Part shown: positions 57,381 through 64,000 of the stretch, piece after piece
Layout: each line of letters opens with the position of its first letter
Position numbering within the stretch: the stretch's first letter is position 1
Source: an uncultured Methanosarcinales archaeon
Lineage (GTDB): Archaea > Nanobdellota > Nanobdellia > Woesearchaeales > CAYSVS01
Reading direction: 5' to 3'
Assembly (NCBI GenBank): GCA_964589485.1
Contig: CAZPRK010000003.1
Location: 1-64,000, forward strand
Length of the DNA stretch: 64,000 bases
Notes under the pieces: generated by a model
Told to the model about the DNA's origin: nothing
Databases searched by the model: none
The model's input: only the letters and a program-made list of their open reading frames with translations
Made by a program: the position numbers and the translations under genes

Positions 57381-57538
57381 CTTTTATCACCCCGATCTAA
57401 TACTAACTTACCTTTTGCATCAAAATAGAACTCTATAGTATCCCCTTTTTTCCAACCTTTAGCTTCAACTAAACTTTTTGGGATTGTAACTAAGTACTGT
57501 TTATTGTTTGGAAACTGTAGTTTTGATTTCGCTGGCAT
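57377..57538 (-). CDS. AbrB/MazE/SpoVT-family DNA-binding protein (53 aa)
   Basis: Translated by hand: MPAKSKLQFPNNKQYLVTIPKSLVEAKGWKKGDTIEFYFDAKGKLVLDRGDKR*; VTIPK...GW..GD..EF signature. Confidence 0.8.
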   Translation of the reverse strand: MPAKSKLQFPNNKQYLVTIPKSLVEAKGWKKGDTIEFYFDAKGKLVLDRGDKR

Positions 57539-57740
57539 TTTGTTAGTTTAAATATACTTTCAAACATTAAAATAGTACTACTCATATATATATCTTTTCT
57601 TTTTTAATATTTTTCAAAATTACGCTTAAAAAAAACAAAACATAATTAAAATCAACAGTTATTTAAGATATAATAATATATATACTTTTACTAAATAGGT
57701 AAACTCAAAATTTATAAACAACCAAAAACAAAACACCAAA

Positions 57741-58547
57741 ATGAAAGCGCAAATACTAGAATTACTTAGAAAATATACAAATCACAACCACATTAAACTA
57801 ACTTGTAGAGGAAATATGGCAATATTCTTTTCAACATATTTTGCTAAAAAATTAAACAGTAAAGCTTATTTTTTAGTTCCTGATGAAGGTGGCTGGTTAA
57901 CCTACAAAACATATCCTAAAATATTTAACTTAAATGTACATGAATTAAAAACAAATAATAACATAATTGATTTAGATGAACTTAAAAAATTTGCACAAAA
58001 GTCTTCAGCTTTGATTTACTCTAACCCAGGAGGATATTTTTGTGAACAACCTATGAAAGAAATATATGAAATATGTAATAGTTCAGGATGTTTAGTAATC
58101 CTAGATGCAAGCGGATCAATCGGAACAGAAATGTGTAAAGGAGAATATGCTGATTTTATAATTAGTAGTTTCGGCAAATGGAAGCCAGTTAATGCAGAAT
58201 ATGGTGGGTTTATTAGTGCTAAAAATGAATTTCCAGACCTAGAAATATTCAAAATGGATAAAATAGATGAAGATCAATTGAGTACAATATATGAAAAATT
58301 AAAAAATGTTGATACAAGAATAAAATCATTTATAAACACGGCCGAAAAGGTTAAAAAAGATCTTTCTAATTATAATATATTATCTAAAGAAAGTAAAAGC
58401 ATTAATGTAGTTGTAGAGTATAATACCGGTGAAGAAAAGGAAAAGCTTATTAAATATTGCATAGATAATGAACATCAATATACAATGTGTCCAAGGTATA
58501 TTAGAACAAATTTAAACGCAATAAGTATCGAGATAAAAAGACAATGA
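57741..58547 (+). CDS. PLP-dependent transferase (DegT/DnrJ-like, short)
   Basis: RGN.AI, ILDASGSIG, SFGKWKP...GG. Confidence 0.75.
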   Translation: MKAQILELLRKYTNHNHIKLTCRGNMAIFFSTYFAKKLNSKAYFLVPDEGGWLTYKTYPKIFNLNVHELKTNNNIIDLDELKKFAQKSSALIYSNPGGYFCEQPMKEIYEICNSSGCLVILDASGSIGTEMCKGEYADFIISSFGKWKPVNAEYGGFISAKNEFPDLEIFKMDKIDEDQLSTIYEKLKNVDTRIKSFINTAEKVKKDLSNYNILSKESKSINVVVEYNTGEEKEKLIKYCIDNEHQYTMCPRYIRTNLNAISIEIKRQ

Positions 58548-59062
58548 ATAAAGAAAAATTAAAATTATTAAAAGAAAAAGCAAAAAATTATAGAGAGAAT
58601 AATATAAATAAGATTAAAACTAAGTTAAGTTCAAATTCAATTAAACTTAAAGTTAAAAAAATAAAAGAAATTCAAGCTAAATTTAATTCTAAAGGGCAAA
58701 AAGTTAAACAAAATTGGGAAAAAAGAAAAGTTAATTTTAAAAAAAAAAAAGAACTGTTTAAAACAAACATAAAAAGTAAAAAAGATAGATTAGTTGAAAA
58801 AGTTAAGTCCAGTAAAACAAATAAAAAATTATTTCAATATGGTATTTTAATTTTCTTAGCACATTACCCAATTGGTTATTTAGCATATTATTATTGGTGG
58901 TATCACACAAGCGATGTATTTTATTTTACATTAGGTGTCTTACATTATAGTTTAAGTTGGGTATTACTTGTTACAGGGTTATACCTGGCAGGTAAAAATT
59001 ATTTATTCAAAAAAATACTTTTATTATTATCAAGAAATGGGGTGAAGAATAATGGTCAATGA
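58544..59062 (+). CDS. hypothetical protein, Lys-rich N-terminus plus 2 TM
   Basis: Overlaps both neighbours as in an operon; hydrophobic C-terminal half. Confidence 0.6.
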   Translation: MNKEKLKLLKEKAKNYRENNINKIKTKLSSNSIKLKVKKIKEIQAKFNSKGQKVKQNWEKRKVNFKKKKELFKTNIKSKKDRLVEKVKSSKTNKKLFQYGILIFLAHYPIGYLAYYYWWYHTSDVFYFTLGVLHYSLSWVLLVTGLYLAGKNYLFKKILLLLSRNGVKNNGQ

Positions 59063-59453
59063 ACCTGAATCAATGGATGAATTAGTTCATCATACTTTAA
59101 GAGTTTTGCCTAATGAAGGTCAAATAAGATTATGGGTCTACAGAAAAGAATGTCCTTCATGTGGAAAAGCAAAAATGGGTAAACCAAAAGATCCTAAAAC
59201 AGGAAAAGCTAAAATTAGGGCAAAAGAATACGTTTGCCCTGAATGTAATCATGAAATTGAAAAAAAAGAATACGAAGATACCCTAATAGCAGAAGCTGTT
59301 TACACTTGCCCAGAATGTTCAAAGAATGGCGAATGGGAAGGTCCTTTTAAAAGAAAAACAATAGAAGGAGCTCCTACGATAAGAGTTATATGCCAACATT
59401 GTAATGCTAATATGGACGTTACTAAAAAGTTCAAAGAAAAGAAGAAGAAATAA
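59052..59453 (+). CDS. multi-zinc-ribbon protein
   Basis: Four CxxC motifs (CPSC, CPEC, CPEC, CQHC); GGTGA SD. Confidence 0.8.
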   Translation: MVNEPESMDELVHHTLRVLPNEGQIRLWVYRKECPSCGKAKMGKPKDPKTGKAKIRAKEYVCPECNHEIEKKEYEDTLIAEAVYTCPECSKNGEWEGPFKRKTIEGAPTIRVICQHCNANMDVTKKFKEKKKK

Positions 59454-59495
59454 ACGAAAGTAATTTAAATATACTTCTAATTTTTTTATTTATAC

Positions 59496-59569
59496 GGGGG
59501 CATAGCTCAGCCTGGGAGAGCACTACGCTGAAGACGTAGGTGTCCGGGATTCAAATTCCCGTGCCCCCA
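59496..59569 (+). tRNA. tRNA-Phe(GAA)
   Basis: GGGGGCA/TGCCCCC+A acceptor; GCTC/GAGC D stem; CTACG-CTGAAGA-CGTAG; CGGGA-TTCAAAT-TCCCG; CCA not encoded. Confidence 0.96.
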
Positions 59570-59577
59570 TTTTTATC

Positions 59578-60096
59578 ATGATAATCAACATAGGTTCAGC
59601 AAACGAAGTTAAAGTTAATGCATTAAAAGAAACTATAATTAATTATGATAAATTTAAAGATTCTGAAGTTAAATCTATCTCAGTAGATTCTCAAGTAGAT
59701 AAACAACCTAAGTCAATGGATGAAACTATTAGAGGTGCTATTACTAGAGCCAAAACAGCATTTAATAATTGCGAATTAAGTTTTGGTATTGAAGATGGCA
59801 TAATGGAAGTTCCGTACACTAAATCGAATTATATGAACGTTTGCGTATGTGCAATATTTGATGGTAAAGAAATACATTTAGGAACTTCTGGATTACATGA
59901 ATATCCTAAAGAAATAACCGAATTACTTTTTGAAAAAAATTATGATTTAAATCAAGCATTTCTAGAAAAAGGTTTAACTACAAACCCTAGAGTTGGATCA
60001 CACGAAGGTGCAATTGGAATTATAACAAAAGGTAAACTAACTAGAAAAGAATATACAAAACAAGCCATAATAATGGCTTTGATTCATCTTAATTAA
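59578..60096 (+). CDS. inosine/xanthosine triphosphatase (YjjX-like)
   Basis: GSANEVKVNA, S.V..QP, ETIRGA..RA, GIEDG, GAIG..T.G.LTR. Confidence 0.9.
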   Translation: MIINIGSANEVKVNALKETIINYDKFKDSEVKSISVDSQVDKQPKSMDETIRGAITRAKTAFNNCELSFGIEDGIMEVPYTKSNYMNVCVCAIFDGKEIHLGTSGLHEYPKEITELLFEKNYDLNQAFLEKGLTTNPRVGSHEGAIGIITKGKLTRKEYTKQAIIMALIHLN

Positions 60097-60505
60097 TAAA
60101 TTCTTCTTCAGTTTTTGGAGTTTCTTCAGATAATTCGCCCTCATATTTAGGACTATCTTCTGGATGAACTTCAGCTTTTTCTTCACTTGGAGCTTCTGCT
60201 GATTCTGTAGAAGCACCAGCTTCTAAAATTGTCAACTCTCCAAATTTACCAGTAGTTAGCTGTTTATCGCCTTGAAATTCATTAACATAACCATTTGTTA
60301 TCTTAACCTTGCTTCCAACATTAACTTGGTCTATTTGTTCGTTCCAAAGTGTTAACTGAATAGTTCCAGTTGCATCTTTAGCTGTTGCATTACAAACTCT
60401 TCCCGCTGTACCGAATTTATTAAATTCTCTAACATCGCCTTTTTCAGTAACGTCTAAAGTGATGTCTACTTTTCCTTGTTTTGGTTGTAAATCTTTAACT
60501 TCCAT
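60089..60505 (-). CDS. ssb: single-stranded DNA-binding protein (single OB fold, acidic tail)
   Basis: Start MEVKDL (60505); GRVCNA..KD.TG.I.LTLWNEQ, NGYVNEFQG..QLTTGKFG. Confidence 0.88.
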   Translation of the reverse strand: MEVKDLQPKQGKVDITLDVTEKGDVREFNKFGTAGRVCNATAKDATGTIQLTLWNEQIDQVNVGSKVKITNGYVNEFQGDKQLTTGKFGELTILEAGASTESAEAPSEEKAEVHPEDSPKYEGELSEETPKTEEEFIN

Positions 60506-60545
60506 TTTATCCAAAAGAAAAACTTTGTTTTTATAAATATATCGT

Positions 60546-63500
60546 TTATCTAAAAGCACGGTCAATATCTTTCTCAGAGTAACCTTTTTTAAACAGCATA
60601 TCTCTTATATTTTTATCAGAATAACCTTGCTCCATCATATTTTCAACATATTGACTTAAACTTTTTCTATTTTCTAACAAATAAACATAATAACCAATGA
60701 TTCCAAAAATTAATAATATGAAAAATATAAAAATAAAATTAACTCCGCCTTTTTCATTAGTTTCTGTTAATGTTTCTGTTTTTTCTTGATTAGAAACTTC
60801 ATCTTCAGTAAAAGAGTCATCTAAATTAGGAAGTAATTCTTCATTTTCAGTACTTGGTTCTATAGATGTAACCGAAGTTCCTACCGGATTTAAAATAAAA
60901 CTAGCCGAAGAGCCAATACTTTCTAACCTTATAGTATAATCATCAACTCCGTCTTTGTTTAAATCAAGTCCTTTAGTCTCACCAATAGCTAATTTAACAT
61001 TTAATGATTGATGTGCAAATAAAACTACGCTATTAGTTTCTTTTTCTATAATCCTAAAACCTTGAAGGAACCTATTTTTCTTTAAAAATAATCTATCTTT
61101 TTCAGACAATGTAAAACTATATTCTTGAACATTTTCATCAGGATATAACTTTTGAGGTTTAATCGATATAACTTTTCCTTGATATTGAGTACTTCCACTA
61201 TATCCATATGAATTACCTCCTCCGCTTGACCTTACTTTAGGAGGAGTTGGAGTTTTTTCTTTACCAAATTCAATAACTCCCGAATGTTTTAACCCAGATA
61301 ATTTATATTGATTATTTTCAAATTCACAAGAATAACCATCAGTCTCTTCAGGGCATTTAAGTAAAACTTCATTTTCTTGATTACATTCTTGAGAAATTTC
61401 TGACAATGACAAAATTTCTTCATCTTTAATACATAATAAATTAAAATCTGATGTTCTATCTAAGTAAACTGTTTTAGTTTCTCCTTCAGATAAATTAATT
61501 CCTCTAACAATAACTGCATTTTTATCTTCTAATTTTTCAGTAGTTACTTCAAAATCTCTACAGTTTCTTTTTTTATTATTACTTAAATCCAAATCTAATA
61601 CTTTCCTTTTTCCTTTATGCATTGTTACTTGATTTGTTTCTTGAAAAACTTGAGAAACATTCATCACACCAATATTTCCTTTCACGGAATTATCCGCACA
61701 TGTGAAAACATCTTCACTATCAGTAATATTATCATTATCATCATCAGTATCAATATCATCAGGAATCTTATCATGATCTGAATCTAATTCTCCTAAACCA
61801 AAAGCAACTAATTTGTTTGATTTAAAATTATCTTCATATCCTGAAATAGGTAATCCTGGACCATTATCTATAAATAACTCTGGTTTCATTTCAATCCAAT
61901 CAGAATTACATAATTGTAAAGTGTTATCCCAATCTTCACAATATAGTTGTGTATATTTATCTTCCAAAAAACTCATATTTATAAAAGTATAAAAATATTC
62001 TTTACTTTCTACTCCTTGTAAATAATGAAGAGCTTTAATTAAATAACCATTTACTGAATAATCTAAATATGTATCAAAAGTTAAATTCAATTCATCAGGA
62101 ACGGTGTAATCAGTAACACCAAAAATAAAATTAATATTAGATGTTATTGGTGTATCCCTATAAGCAAAATTTGAAACACTAAAAGATTTTCGCGGAGATA
62201 AAATTTCTCCTGAAAATGTCCCATCAATTAAGTCCCTATTAACAAATAACTTCTGCGGAACTCCTTTACTATCTTTAATGTTAATATCAAAGTCTTTTGG
62301 TGTTGAATATATAGCTTTAGTTGAATCATAATTATTATCTGCATGCGTTTCACCTTCAGTTTCTAAAACAACAGACATATTGTAAAAACCACCTTTTCCT
62401 GGATTCCAAGGTATTCTTACATTTTCAGGTGAATAATAACCATAATTATAATAATCAGAGTTACCTAAAATATGACTTGTTTCATTTACCAACATATCGT
62501 CTTGAAATAATTTAATTTTTACTTCATTTGCCAATTTTTTTCCAATATTGAAAATATAAATATAACATATAGCGTTTTTACAATTTATTTCAGAAAAAAC
62601 ATCTACTCCTTTACTTTGAACTATAAACCCATCAAATTTAGAATTACGATAATCTAAAACATCAGTGTCGGAACTTAAATTTAAAATAATTTGATATTCA
62701 CTAATTTTCTCAGGAACATATGTAATTTCTTTACTAATACTCTTACCTGGTTTAATAGTTTCAAATTTAATAGTTTCAACATATTCTTCTTCTGTAGATA
62801 TATGATTAGAAATGGTTCTAACTGTTGCTTTTACACTCACATCATCGGAATCTTGTGACCCGTAATTATAAACTTCAATAGGAATTTTAATTTCTTCCCC
62901 TAATTCCACATTATCTATCCTAAACCATTCTACTTCTGGGTTAGGTCCATCTTTAATAACGTTAAAAGTGTCATAACTAAATGAATTTAATTTAACCCCA
63001 TCTACATCGTATGTTAATCTACCAAAAAACATTTTTTCTCCAGCAGATAAGTTAACATCTAATACATCAGGGATGTCTTTATTAACATCTTGGATATCTT
63101 GAACTTTTTCTACGTTCTTTACAACATTAACAAATGTATCAAAATTTAAAATACACAGTTCATCACACCTAGTATTAGGATGAATATAGAAAAAATGGTA
63201 TAATCCATCTTTAACATAAGGTTCATTTATGTTCTGAACCATTTTCTTTCCATCTATGGAAAAAGTTATTTCAAAAGTATCAATATTATAATCTATAAAT
63301 TTAATATCATAACCTAATTCTTTTCCAACAGTTAAAAAGTCTCTACTTATTACTTCCTCTCCTATATAAAGTACAGAATTAATGTTATTTGCAGATCTTT
63401 CAAAATCAAAATTAACTCTTAGCTTTTGTTCATTTCCTTCCACTAAATACCTTTCTCTATAAGGCCTTACATAAACGTTCATATCAGGAGGAATATTTAA

Positions 63501-63998
63501 TTCTGAATTTATAATAAAATTATTATTAGATAAATCTAAATCATTAAGTGTAGTAGTAGTTAAATTATATTTTAAACTATAATCAGCCCTTTCTAGAGTA
63601 AATTCCCTTTTCTCTCCTGCTTTTAATAAAGGCATTGTTTCAATAAAATAACTATGTGAACCTTGGTATCTTTTATCTTCAACAATATTTTTCAAATCAA
63701 CTTTTACATTTTTAGCATCCAAAGTTCCAAGATTTTCTACTATAATTTTCATATTATATGGTACTCTATAAAATATATTTTCAGGAAAAATTAATTCAGC
63801 TTTAACATCGACACCTTGCGGTTTTACATTAACTAGTTTATTAATTCTGTTATCAAAAGGAATAACATCGTTTGATATATCTAAAAAGAAATCCAACTCT
63901 AAATCACCAACTTTATGAGGATTCCATTCAAATGTTCCTATAGCATTTTTACCAGGTTTAATTAAGCCTGAAAATTGTTCATACCCTCTTAAATTATC
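60546..63998 (-). CDS. large cell-surface protein (CARDB/Ig-like repeats, Asp-rich Ca-binding motif, C-terminal TM), 5'-truncated by the window
   Basis: Frame stays open from 63896 to the window edge; repeats with V.N.G..DA..V and D...NN; DSDHDKIPDDIDTDDDNDNITD (TSP3-like); SSGGG linker; TM followed by a short tail. Confidence 0.8.
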   Translation of the reverse strand, partial: DNLRGYEQFSGLIKPGKNAIGTFEWNPHKVGDLELDFFLDISNDVIPFDNRINKLVNVKPQGVDVKAELIFPENIFYRVPYNMKIIVENLGTLDAKNVKVDLKNIVEDKRYQGSHSYFIETMPLLKAGEKREFTLERADYSLKYNLTTTTLNDLDLSNNNFIINSELNIPPDMNVYVRPYRERYLVEGNEQKLRVNFDFERSANNINSVLYIGEEVISRDFLTVGKELGYDIKFIDYNIDTFEITFSIDGKKMVQNINEPYVKDGLYHFFYIHPNTRCDELCILNFDTFVNVVKNVEKVQDIQDVNKDIPDVLDVNLSAGEKMFFGRLTYDVDGVKLNSFSYDTFNVIKDGPNPEVEWFRIDNVELGEEIKIPIEVYNYGSQDSDDVSVKATVRTISNHISTEEEYVETIKFETIKPGKSISKEITYVPEKISEYQIILNLSSDTDVLDYRNSKFDGFIVQSKGVDVFSEINCKNAICYIYIFNIGKKLANEVKIKLFQDDMLVNETSHILGNSDYYNYGYYSPENVRIPWNPGKGGFYNMSVVLETEGETHADNNYDSTKAIYSTPKDFDINIKDSKGVPQKLFVNRDLIDGTFSGEILSPRKSFSVSNFAYRDTPITSNINFIFGVTDYTVPDELNLTFDTYLDYSVNGYLIKALHYLQGVESKEYFYTFINMSFLEDKYTQLYCEDWDNTLQLCNSDWIEMKPELFIDNGPGLPISGYEDNFKSNKLVAFGLGELDSDHDKIPDDIDTDDDNDNITDSEDVFTCADNSVKGNIGVMNVSQVFQETNQVTMHKGKRKVLDLDLSNNKKRNCRDFEVTTEKLEDKNAVIVRGINLSEGETKTVYLDRTSDFNLLCIKDEEILSLSEISQECNQENEVLLKCPEETDGYSCEFENNQYKLSGLKHSGVIEFGKEKTPTPPKVRSSGGGNSYGYSGSTQYQGKVISIKPQKLYPDENVQEYSFTLSEKDRLFLKKNRFLQGFRIIEKETNSVVLFAHQSLNVKLAIGETKGLDLNKDGVDDYTIRLESIGSSASFILNPVGTSVTSIEPSTENEELLPNLDDSFTEDEVSNQEKTETLTETNEKGGVNFIFIFFILLIFGIIGYYVYLLENRKSLSQYVENMMEQGYSDKNIRDMLFKKGYSEKDIDRAFR

Positions 63999-64000
63999 TG

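Noticed and set aside
57540..57740. AT-rich intergenic region as a replication origin
   Set aside because: No ORB-like repeats or adjacent cdc6/orc1; adequately explained by divergent promoters
1..64000. CRISPR array, rRNA, IS element or prophage
   Set aside because: No regularly spaced repeats, no long GC-rich structured region, and no transposase, integrase or capsid motifs seen

Overview
AT-rich, densely coding archaeal chromosome segment. Gene content (PAC2, Dph2/Dph6, Nop5-fibrillarin, RfcL, TrmI, archaeal SecDF, single-OB SSB, bacterial-type MutS/MutL/Dus, many short orphan ORFs, tail-to-tail overlaps) suggests a DPANN archaeon, most likely Woesearchaeota; this is an inference, not a database result. 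I found no rRNA, CRISPR array or transposase. Clear features: about 65 CDS, tRNA-Phe(GAA), tRNA-Val(GAC) with a 14-nt BHB-flanked intron in the T-loop (59/60), and a 535-aa LAGLIDADG intein inside the Walker A motif of SMC. Best leads: (1) a type II/IV secretion ATPase and platform locus with no pilin, two coiled-coil proteins and three paralogous membrane proteins, where one coiled-coil protein shares a 33-aa helical module with the cytoplasmic tail of a very large surface protein; (2) a remodelled diphthamide pathway (AsnB-like amidotransferase fused to Dph6, plus an N-terminally shortened Dph2); (3) a coupled triplet of unknown paralogues with a Cys-cluster protein; (4) an ADP-ribosyltransferase-like ORF coupled to fibrillarin; (5) tandem RNase HII/HIII; (6) a membrane wHTH regulator with a direct-repeat operator and a hairpin leader. 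All family calls come from motif recognition by eye.
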